Assembly (NCBI GenBank): GCA_016839765.1
Contig: JAEOTP010000008.1
Location: 1 to 25,405, forward strand
Origin: Promethearchaeota archaeon
GTDB lineage: Archaea; Asgardarchaeota; Lokiarchaeia; Sigyniarchaeales; SOKP01
DNA length: 25,405 nt
Direction of reading: 5' to 3'
Shown in pieces: positions 1 through 7,801 of the stretch (its first letter is position 1; each line of letters begins with the position of its first letter). A program made the position numbers and the translations under genes. Under the pieces are notes generated by a model, which saw only the letters and a list, made by a program, of their open reading frames with translations, had not been told where the DNA came from and did no database searches.

Positions 1-348
1 ATTATGGAGAAAAGTCAATATATATATGATCTAAATCATACATGATAACGAAAAAATGATCTATAATGTTAATAATTCTACATTTTGCATAAAATCAAAT
101 AAAAAAATCACATTTTTTTTAAAAAAAAAGATCAAAGGGGATCAATAATTTTGAATATTAAAAGCAATCTAAATAAAAGATATTATTTCCCTACATCAAT
201 AATCAGTTTTTAATTGAAATCCAATCAAAATAATTAAATCTTCTATTATTTGAGAGTTTAAAATAAAAGATTTTGGATTATCGATTTGGTCATATTTAAA
301 TAATATTTTTTTTTACAGTTTAGTGAAAATGTTAAAGGAGGTATTATA

Positions 349-456
349 TTGGATTTTTTAATATATATGATTCATAAATTCTTGTGGAGATTAAAGTCAG
401 TATTTGGTCATCTTTTTCATGAAGAAACGAAAGAATTAGATAAAGATAGCAAATAA
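349..456 (+). CDS. Putative 35-aa small protein (MDFLIYMIHKFLWRLKSVFGHLFHEETKELDKDSK), not in the ORF track
   Basis: Strong SD AAGGAGGT at 335-342, 6 nt before TTG at 349; frame open to TAA at 454-456; hydrophobic/amphipathic N-half and charged tail. No family recognised. Confidence 0.45.
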   Translation: MDFLIYMIHKFLWRLKSVFGHLFHEETKELDKDSK

Positions 457-576
457 GTTTAATTAATGATTTTATTGGGTTTTAAATAATTTTATAATGA
501 AATATAGCGATCACAAATTTTCTACCTAACCCTATACTTTAATCCATTTTTGGTTGCTTCTTTGGAGTTGGATTTC

Positions 577-620
577 AGGGAATATGTGGCACTTCACATA
601 TCCCTCTCATTTTTCCTTTT
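577..620 (+). other. Stem-loop followed by a T-rich tract (terminator-like, or part of a small structured RNA)
   Basis: AGGG-A-ATATGTG / loop GCACTT / CACATAT-CCCT (577-605), followed by CTCATTTTTCCTTTT; GC-richer than its surroundings. Confidence 0.45.
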
Positions 621-786
621 AAAAATTATACTAAGAGAGATAATTAAGTGCGAACTACAAAAGGTTTAATAAAGCAACAAAAATTAAAAATTTCCCATAC
701 TCACTTCTTTTTAAATTCACTTAGGTAATAATTTGATTATTAAACCATATATATTGCCAATAAAATGATGAAGGGAGTGAGGAATT

Positions 787-960
787 ATAATTACTCAATC
801 AGATTTTGATCTTGAAAGCAGTTTATTAACTTGTCCATTTTCTTACTCGTGTAACCTTCCTAAATCCCAAACTTTATGCAATTTTCCTGATTATAAAATA
901 TGTCCAGATTATCAAATTAAACTACAAAAATTGAAATCGACTGCTAAAATTTTGCATTAA
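787..960 (+). CDS. Small Cys4 protein, 57 aa (C-x5-C-x8-C-x7-C), probable metal-binding; ATA start; not in the ORF track
   Basis: Frame open from 781 to TAA at 958-960: ITQSDFDLESSLLTCPFSYSCNLPKSQTLCNFPDYKICPDYQIKLQKLKSTAKILH. SD-like GGAGTGAGG at 774-782. An in-frame TGA at 778-780 excludes an upstream start, and there is no ATG/GTG/TTG before the cysteines. Confidence 0.6.
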   Translation: MITQSDFDLESSLLTCPFSYSCNLPKSQTLCNFPDYKICPDYQIKLQKLKSTAKILH

Positions 961-1008
961 GCATGATAAAGCAATAATTTAATAAAAAAAGAAATGGAAA
1001 AAAATATT

Positions 1009-1293
1009 TTATAGTTCTTCTTCAATCATTAATTCATCTAGAGTAATATTAACGTCTAATTCAGCGGATTTTATTTTCTTTATTATTTTTCTTAAACCGT
1101 AATCATTTAATATTAACTCTATGAAATTTTTATATAGACCTTCGATATTCTCTTGGCCAGCCTCTAAGTAAACTGGGTCATCTGGGATGCAGATATTGAG
1201 GATATCATAAAGGCCTTTAATTGAATCTTTAATCTTTTTAAAATTCTCTTCCGCTCTATCAACCATTTCATTTGTAAAATTTGTATATGCCAT
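1009..1293 (-). CDS. Hypothetical acidic alpha-helical protein, 94 aa
   Basis: ORF with SD GGTGATT (reverse complement of 1301-1307) 7 nt upstream of ATG; protein-like composition; converges on the Cys4 gene across an A/T-tract spacer. Confidence 0.8.
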   Translation of the reverse strand: MAYTNFTNEMVDRAEENFKKIKDSIKGLYDILNICIPDDPVYLEAGQENIEGLYKNFIELILNDYGLRKIIKKIKSAELDVNITLDELMIEEEL

Positions 1294-1642
1294 TTTTTTT
1301 AATCACCTAAATAAAAATAATGAATGAAGATATTTAAATGGTGATCAATTTTATCAATTATGTGATCATGATCTCATAATAATGAGAGCAAATACGATCA
1401 GCTTACTCACCTAAAACGGCGATTAAATGTAGATAAATAATAAAAAAATAAGATATTGATTCACTGAAATATTAACTATTACTAAAAAGGATAGCGGATT
1501 CTGATCATTACTTATAAAAAACAAAAATCATTTTGAAAAAATTATTACTCTCTATCACTTAAAATAAGTTTATGATTGAAATCTAATAAAAATAGCAAAA
1601 GGGAAAGTGTAAATCAATTTATGATCGAAATTAAAAAAAAAG

Positions 1643-1807
1643 TAATGAATTTTTAGCGAATCTAATCATATTTGTTTTACGAATTTTTATGCAATTTAAT
1701 TAAAAAATTCTTCCCCCAAATTAATTAAGATCGCAAATCATATTAGATTCTCTTTATCTTGATAACTTTTACAATCTTTTTTCTGGTAAAGTTTACAAAA
1801 TTCATTA
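1643..1807. repeat. Nested imperfect inverted repeat downstream of GMP synthase B
   Basis: Outer arms TAATGAATTTT (1643-1653) / AAAATTCATTA (1797-1807); inner arms GAATCTAAT-cat-ATTTG (1658-1674) / CAAAT-cat-ATTAGATTC (1734-1750); TTAATTAA at 1696 and 1721. Confidence 0.4.
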
Positions 1808-1826
1808 TGAGAAAAAAAAGAGATAC

Positions 1827-3014
1827 TTATACATATTCTATAGTAGCAGGTGGTTTTGGAGTGATATCGAAATAAATATTTTTAGTTTCGGGAATTTCTT
1901 TTAGCAATATCTTCAATTTTTCTATTAACTCAAATGGTAGATTTGTAATAGTCGCTGTTCTTGCATCTTTACTATTTACAGATCTAATTATTACGTCATA
2001 TACACCTTTTTTATCAGTTTCAAGCTCATAAAGTAATCTAGAATATCCTTTTAATTGAGATGCTAAATCAGTGAGTTTTGAATAATCCCATTTTCCTTTA
2101 ACGCATAAGGGGAGTTCATAAGTTCTTTTTCCATTAACTATTCCAGTAACTTTTCTATTAAGAATATCTTCACCTATAGCAGCAAATGCTTGAAATGGTT
2201 CTTGTTCTCCCTTTTCGTTTATTATCATTGGTGTACTGTATTTCTCGATATAATAATCATCTACATTACTTTCGACGATATCATGCACTTTTTTTTCAAA
2301 AGCTAAATTTTCATTTGTCACAGGTCCTATAATTCTTGCTGATAGCGCTGGGCCTGGAAAAGCTTTTCTATATACTAATTCAGGAGGCATCTTTAAATAT
2401 TCAAGAATCTTCCTAATCTCATATTTGTTAAGGCTTGCTACTGGCTGAATTGTAGCCTCAACTTCATATTCAATTTCTACATTATGTTGGCTTTTTACAA
2501 ATCCTTGGATATTTTTTTCTTTTAAATTTATTTCCTCCTCAAGTGACATGGTTTCTTTTAAATCTGAGATTTTAACACCAAAACTTTCTTCGATATCGGG
2601 CAAGATGGTTCCATCAGCAAGTAGATCACACTTTTCCTCCTTAATTACACTACTGATTGTATCAGAATATGCATTTTTGAATAGTTTCCGCTTGTTTTCA
2701 GCATCACCCTCTCCAAAAATTTTTGGTAAAAATTTTTTGCGAATATCAACAATAATGAGTTCTGGAAACAATTTTTTTAGATATTCTCGTTCTTCTTTCC
2801 CTCTAATTATTCTCATAAGGCCGTGGTCAATAAATACAGGAAGTGCATCAACTCTTGCTTCCTTTAACAGAAGATATACACAAGAACTATCCACTCCACC
2901 AGAAAGTGCACAAAATACCTTTTTATTTTTACCATATTTCTGAAGAAATTTTACAGCAGTCCGAACAAACTTTTCTGGCTCACGTGGAGGATCAATTAAT
3001 CGATGGTTTAACAT
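1827..3014 (-). CDS. guaAB: GMP synthase subunit B (ATP pyrophosphatase plus dimerisation domain; no glutaminase domain)
   Basis: PP-loop ALSGGVDSS, IDHGLMR, GTILPDIEES, KSQHNV, FPGPALSARI and C-terminal DITPKPPATIEY. Confidence 0.92.
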   Translation of the reverse strand: MLNHRLIDPPREPEKFVRTAVKFLQKYGKNKKVFCALSGGVDSSCVYLLLKEARVDALPVFIDHGLMRIIRGKEEREYLKKLFPELIIVDIRKKFLPKIFGEGDAENKRKLFKNAYSDTISSVIKEEKCDLLADGTILPDIEESFGVKISDLKETMSLEEEINLKEKNIQGFVKSQHNVEIEYEVEATIQPVASLNKYEIRKILEYLKMPPELVYRKAFPGPALSARIIGPVTNENLAFEKKVHDIVESNVDDYYIEKYSTPMIINEKGEQEPFQAFAAIGEDILNRKVTGIVNGKRTYELPLCVKGKWDYSKLTDLASQLKGYSRLLYELETDKKGVYDVIIRSVNSKDARTATITNLPFELIEKLKILLKEIPETKNIYFDITPKPPATIEYV

Positions 3015-3133
3015 AGTTTATAATTATATCATTAATAAAATAAGTAGTTTTATTAATTGGTTATGAATTCAAAACCCTCTAAGAATTATAAAATTTAGTA
3101 AAGTAAAAATTTAGAATTAGAAAAAAAACCTAA

Positions 3134-3589
3134 TTATTTCTTATTTTTCTCATAATAGCGTTGATGGTATTCTTCAGCTTTATAAAATTCTGAAGCAGGT
3201 GTTATCTCAGTAACAATAGGATTTTTATATCTACCAGACTTGTCGAGCTTTTCTTTTAATTTTAAAGCTCTTTCTTTTTGTCCTTCACCATGATAAAATA
3301 CCACAGATCGATATTGAGTACCAATATCCCAACCTTGGCGATTAAGAGTTGTAGGATTATGAATATTCCAAAAGATTTCTAATAATTCCTCATAAGATAC
3401 AATTGAAGGATCGTAAGTAACTTGGACAACCTCAGCATGACCTGTTTTATCTGTGCAAACATCTTTATAAGTTGGATTTTTCGTTTTACCTCCAGAATAC
3501 CCAACAACAGCGTCTATTACACCCTTAACCTTCCTAAATCTTGCTTCTACACCCCAGAAGCAACCCGCACCAAATGTAGCTTTTTCCAT
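3134..3589 (-). CDS. msrA: Peptide methionine (S)-sulfoxide reductase
   Basis: GCFWG active site, [17 protein letters not shown] and AEEYHQRY motifs. Confidence 0.97.
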   Translation of the reverse strand: MEKATFGAGCFWGVEARFRKVKGVIDAVVGYSGGKTKNPTYKDVCTDKTGHAEVVQVTYDPSIVSYEELLEIFWNIHNPTTLNRQGWDIGTQYRSVVFYHGEGQKERALKLKEKLDKSGRYKNPIVTEITPASEFYKAEEYHQRYYEKNKK

Positions 3590-3630
3590 TTTTCTAAAAT
3601 AAATAAGATAAAGTGAACATAAAAGAGTAT

Positions 3631-3643
3631 TGATAATTTATCA
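3631..3643. promoter_or_regulatory. Palindromic operator candidate upstream of msrA
   Basis: Perfect 6-1-6 palindrome TGATAA-T-TTATCA about 42 nt upstream of the msrA ATG. Confidence 0.35.
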
Positions 3644-3742
3644 TAAATTAAATACTATATTTACTAATAATTCTAAATAATTTGAAAGAAAATCTAAATT
3701 TTTAATAAAAAATTTTTCGCAAAAAATAAATACAAATATGGA

Positions 3743-5386
3743 TTATTTTTCCGCTTCTTTTTCTCTTAATTCCCGATGAAGTATTTTTCCAACAATAGTT
3801 TTAGGTATTTCATCGATAAATTCTACGAATCGGGGGTATTTCTCAAAACCCATGTTTTTCTTTGACCAATCAATAATGTTTTGTTCTGAAGTCTTCCCCT
3901 TAAATTCATCTTTTAACACGATAAACGCTTTTATATTCTCATTTCCTTCTTTGTCAGTAATTCCAACAACAGCACAATCTTCAATAGTGTCATTATAAAA
4001 TAGCAAATCTTCAACTTCTGTAGGATAAACTGAATGTCCCTTATATTTAATCATATCTTTTAATCGTTCTTTTATCAATATTCGACCATCCTCATTCATT
4101 AATGCCATATCCCCTGTTCTTAACCATCCATTAATAATTGTAGTTTTTGTTTCTTCAGGTCTTTTATAGTATCCTTTCATCATTTGTGGACCTTTAACCC
4201 ACAATTCCCCTACTTCATTTATACCAAGAACTTTCCCATCTTCACTAACTATTTTAACTTCTGTATTTGGTAAAGGCATTCCCGCAGTTCCTGATTTGAA
4301 GTTATCATCAAATGTATTTGCAGTTACAGCAGGAGACATTTCAGTTAAACCATAAACCTCTCTAACTTTAGCTCCGGATAATTTTTCAAACTTCCTTCTT
4401 ACATCGTCTGGTAAAGGTGCAGCTCCACTAAAGCAATATCGAATACTCGATAGATCATGTTTTTCTATACCTTCATAATTATTTATATTGTTATATAAAG
4501 GAGCAATACCTGGAAAAACAGTTACTTTTGTGGTTTCTATTGCCTCAATAATTTCATGTGTCTCTCGAGGATTGAAAACACAAGTAAGTATATCCCCCAA
4601 ATGGATTACAGCGTTCATGACAAAACACATATATATATGATAAAACGGTAAAACTGCTAAAAAGTTGTCTTCACCCTCTTCAATACCAGGCAACCAAGTT
4701 TTAATTTGATACACATTTGCGACAATATTTTGATGAGTTAGCATTGCACCCTTTGGGAAGCCAGTAGTACCACCTGTATATTGAAGCATCGCCAAATCTT
4801 CTGGATCAATATATTCAACAATAGAAGGATTAGGTTTCGTTTCCCTAATAAGATCTTCAAAGGTCGGTTCCCCACCCATAGGAAACTCGGGTGGTGCCAT
4901 TGGATCTGGTGATAAATAAGGACCAAGATTACTATAAAATTTATGTTTAACTCCTGTCTCTTCAATAATAGGATCTACTATCCCATTAAACCCTTCCCAT
5001 CCAATATAAATTATTGCATCACTATCATTCAGTTGTCTTTTAACCTCTAAGCTCTTGAATAAAGGTGATAAGTTTGTGACAACTCCACCCATTTTAAGAA
5101 CACCGTAATAATAAGAAATGTACGCTGGATTATTAGTAAATTGAAGTGCAACGGTTTCCCCTTTTTTTACGCCTAACTCTGATAATTTTGTAGCTGTACG
5201 ATATGCAATATCTTGCAACTGGGTATAGCTTAATTGAAATCCCATAAAATTTGTGACAATATTATTTGGATATTTTTTTACAGAATCTTCAAGAAAATCG
5301 ATTAAAGTTTTGTTTGGAATTTCGATTGTTTTTGGAACATCCTTAGGCCAATCCTTATAATAGATTTTTTGATCCGACATATTCAT
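3743..5386 (-). CDS. Long-chain fatty-acid--CoA ligase (AMP-forming, FadD-like)
   Basis: AMP-binding P-loop YTGGTTGFPKG, YGLTE, GELWVKGPQMMKGYY, WLRTGD and PKTIVGK motifs. Confidence 0.93.
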   Translation of the reverse strand: MNMSDQKIYYKDWPKDVPKTIEIPNKTLIDFLEDSVKKYPNNIVTNFMGFQLSYTQLQDIAYRTATKLSELGVKKGETVALQFTNNPAYISYYYGVLKMGGVVTNLSPLFKSLEVKRQLNDSDAIIYIGWEGFNGIVDPIIEETGVKHKFYSNLGPYLSPDPMAPPEFPMGGEPTFEDLIRETKPNPSIVEYIDPEDLAMLQYTGGTTGFPKGAMLTHQNIVANVYQIKTWLPGIEEGEDNFLAVLPFYHIYMCFVMNAVIHLGDILTCVFNPRETHEIIEAIETTKVTVFPGIAPLYNNINNYEGIEKHDLSSIRYCFSGAAPLPDDVRRKFEKLSGAKVREVYGLTEMSPAVTANTFDDNFKSGTAGMPLPNTEVKIVSEDGKVLGINEVGELWVKGPQMMKGYYKRPEETKTTIINGWLRTGDMALMNEDGRILIKERLKDMIKYKGHSVYPTEVEDLLFYNDTIEDCAVVGITDKEGNENIKAFIVLKDEFKGKTSEQNIIDWSKKNMGFEKYPRFVEFIDEIPKTIVGKILHRELREKEAEK

Positions 5387-5610
5387 ACTTTTTTATTTAA
5401 ATAAATTATAACCCTTAAGGTTAGGAATATTTTTAAAGTTACTGCTGTTTGCCATTAAACTGATCATTAGAATTAAAAAATCAGTTATGTCAAAAATCTT
5501 AAACAAATTTAACTAAAAAATTTGTCAAAAATAATTAAATCCATTTATCTATTCCTATTAATTGAACGTTAAATTTAAAATTCTAAAGAAGATTGGAAAA
5601 AGGCTAAGAG

Positions 5611-5847
5611 ATGTTATTAAAAAAATATGATAAAAAGAATTTAGAGTACGTTCAAGGAATAGGATTAATCCTAATTTGTATTTCAATACTATTAGGACAA
5701 TTTGTTCATGGGATACTCTTGATAGATTTCCTTGAAGGTTTGTTGATGGGAATTTCAATTCCTCTACTATTAGTAGGCATTTATTATTCTAGTAGATCAA
5801 TTCGAGAACCCAAAAGAAATCAAGAAGAACAAACTAAAAATAATTAA
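5611..5847 (+). CDS. Small membrane protein with two predicted TM helices, 78 aa
   Basis: Hydrophobic stretches GIGLILICISILLGQFV and FLEGLLMGISIPLLLVGIYY, with a charged tail. Confidence 0.7.
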   Translation: MLLKKYDKKNLEYVQGIGLILICISILLGQFVHGILLIDFLEGLLMGISIPLLLVGIYYSSRSIREPKRNQEEQTKNN

Positions 5848-5919
5848 ATATGTTTTTTTCTTTTTATTATTTCTAAATAAATGATTTCTTTATAATAATC
5901 AATTATAAAGGTATAAGAC

Positions 5920-6483
5920 ATGTCTATTCCATCTGAAGATGTTATAATTAATGCTATTAATCATGATATAAGAAGAAACATCTTAAGATTATTAAAAAGT
6001 AAACAAATGAGTTATTCTCAAATATTAGATCATTTTGCATTAACATCAGGTAAGTTAAATTATCATCTTAAGCTTTTATCTGGATTTATTGAAAAAAATG
6101 ATGAAGGGTTATATAGAAATACGCAATTGGGAGATAGAATTATTAATATACTCGAGCAATTTAATGATACTATTAGGGATGAGGATAGGCCTTTTTTAAA
6201 GAAAGCTTTTGCCTCTCAATTGAGCAATAGGAAGTCATTTCTTCGAATAAGGCTTGTAGGGGGAATTTATTTGAAAATTATCTTGCTTTCTACTGTTTTT
6301 GTATTAATAATCATATTGGCGATTATGTACACATTAACGGGCGTTTCAATACTATATGTATGGCCTTTTTATTTATTATCTTCAATTATTGGGATCACAG
6401 GATTTATTTGGGTTTTTAAACAATATAAACCTGCAAAGGAGTTCGTAGAAAGGGTAGATAAGTTATTAAAAAATTCAGAATAA
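5920..6483 (+). CDS. ArsR-like winged-helix protein with two C-terminal TM helices (membrane-anchored regulator)
   Basis: N-terminal HDIRRNILRLL...MSYSQI...SGKLNYHLKLLSGFIEK...GLYRNT wHTH pattern; two hydrophobic helices at about residues 113-165. Confidence 0.85.
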   Translation: MSIPSEDVIINAINHDIRRNILRLLKSKQMSYSQILDHFALTSGKLNYHLKLLSGFIEKNDEGLYRNTQLGDRIINILEQFNDTIRDEDRPFLKKAFASQLSNRKSFLRIRLVGGIYLKIILLSTVFVLIIILAIMYTLTGVSILYVWPFYLLSSIIGITGFIWVFKQYKPAKEFVERVDKLLKNSE

Positions 6484-6607
6484 TTATTTAGGAGAATAAA
6501 ATAATAAATTTGTGAAATAATCGCGCTAATACATACAATGAATGCTATAAAAGTTTTCAAAGTGCTGGAAAAAAAATATAATAAAAAGAAATAATCTTAT
6601 TTAAAAG

Positions 6608-6897
6608 ATGTGCCAAAATATGCGTAGTAGGTTAGCAGATTTTATCTTAGAAAATATTAATCTTGAATTTATTATTATTCTTGAGGCAGGTTGTGGTGCA
6701 GGGGAATTAACAATTCCTTTTGCTCATAAATTAAGTGAGCGTCTCAGCAATTTTAAAATAATTGCTTATGATCTTTCGCTCTTGAAACACTTGAAGAATG
6801 GACTGTTGACCCAAAATATATCGAAACAAATAAAAAGTTTATTCGAAAATATGGATTAGAATCTCCTATGGAACATGTAATCTTTTGTCAAAAGTAA
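6608..6897 (+). pseudogene. Class I SAM-dependent methyltransferase remnant (internal deletion plus frameshift)
   Basis: Motif I ILEAGCGAG and the acidic motif IIAYDLS, after which the frame degenerates at about 6778. A second frame (6778-6897) reads ALETLEEWTVDPKYIETNKKFIRKYGLESPMEHVIFCQK*, a plausible C-terminus. Too short for a complete Rossmann MTase. Confidence 0.7.
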
Positions 6898-7116
6898 TAT
6901 GCAGTAAAATTAGAGAATTTAATTCTAAATAATTAAATTAAAAATCAAATATATGAATTCTACAATTATCTTCTAATTTATTTTTATTTTAATAATAAAA
7001 TCAAAATATAAAATTTTATATCGAAATTATATATAGAATATAGAGAATATTTTATTAAATCACAAATTCATTTATTTTTTAGTTAAAATTCTATTTATAA
7101 ACCAAAATGAAGTAAA

Positions 7117-7779
7117 ATGAATGAGATCGACGATAAGAAGCTTAGTAAGATGAGCATTGATGAATTAACACATTTGTTCATGGATAGTATAAATGAACAA
7201 AACCTGAAATTAATTGAAGGGATAGAATATCTTGTAGAAGAAAATTTCAAAGAATTTAAGCAAAATCTAAATTATGTTATTCAAACAAATACGGAGGTCT
7301 CAATTAAAAAAAAATTCGAATCTAAAATTTTTAAGTCTAAATTAATGTTTTCAAAGGCAGATCGCCTGAAATTATTTACTAAAATTAATGAGATTAAAAA
7401 TATAGGGGAATTTATGGCTAATAAATTACTTCTTTATAGGGTTGTATTCCCCGATGAGGAATTTAAACTTCAAATTCAAAATATTCTCAAATCATTGAGG
7501 ATGATTTCTAATTTTTTGTCAGATGCCGTTAAATTAATTGGATCTGATCTAAGCAAAGCCCATGATGTCTGTGAAAATGTAAAAGAAGAAAGACGAAAGA
7601 TGAGGAAAGCAGAGTGGCGTTTGTTAGATAAACTTTATAACTATGATATGGATTATTTATCAAGGACTTTTTTATATCTTAAAGAACTTATTGAAGATAT
7701 TATGATGTTGGCTGATCACATCAAAAGTTTTTCAGAATATATTCAATTTCTTGCAACAAAATATTTAATCTTCGAATAA
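7117..7779 (+). CDS. DUF47/PhoU-like helical phosphate-transport regulator (divergent)
   Basis: All-helical 220 aa with DRLKLF...INEI and EDIMMLADHIKSFSEYI DUF47-like repeats; 22 bp upstream of the PiT gene. Confidence 0.7.
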   Translation: MNEIDDKKLSKMSIDELTHLFMDSINEQNLKLIEGIEYLVEENFKEFKQNLNYVIQTNTEVSIKKKFESKIFKSKLMFSKADRLKLFTKINEIKNIGEFMANKLLLYRVVFPDEEFKLQIQNILKSLRMISNFLSDAVKLIGSDLSKAHDVCENVKEERRKMRKAEWRLLDKLYNYDMDYLSRTFLYLKELIEDIMMLADHIKSFSEYIQFLATKYLIFE

Positions 7780-7801
7780 AAACAAAAAATTATGATTCGA
7801 T

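Noticed and set aside
110-145. CAAAGGGG in AT-rich DNA as an ORB/replication-origin element
   Set aside because: Lacks the TCCA-N-TGGAA ORB core, is not repeated, and there is no cdc6/orc1 in the window.
769-789. In-frame TGA upstream of the Cys4 ORF as possible selenocysteine readthrough (Lokiarchaeia use Sec)
   Set aside because: A second in-frame TGA lies at 769-771, the TGA at 778 is part of the SD-like motif, and no convincing SECIS was seen.
25-1740. GATC cluster as a MutH/Dam mismatch-repair signal, or the region as a CRISPR array
   Set aside because: MutL here has its own endonuclease motifs and no mutH/dam is visible; there are no regularly spaced direct repeats of CRISPR length.
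2548-3616. Track ORFs 2548-2943(+) and 3422-3616(+)
   Set aside because: Antisense shadows of GMP synthase B and msrA; no motifs.
4738-6560. Track ORFs 4738-4965, 5558-5758 and 6369-6560
   Set aside because: Alternate-frame or antisense overlaps of better-supported genes.
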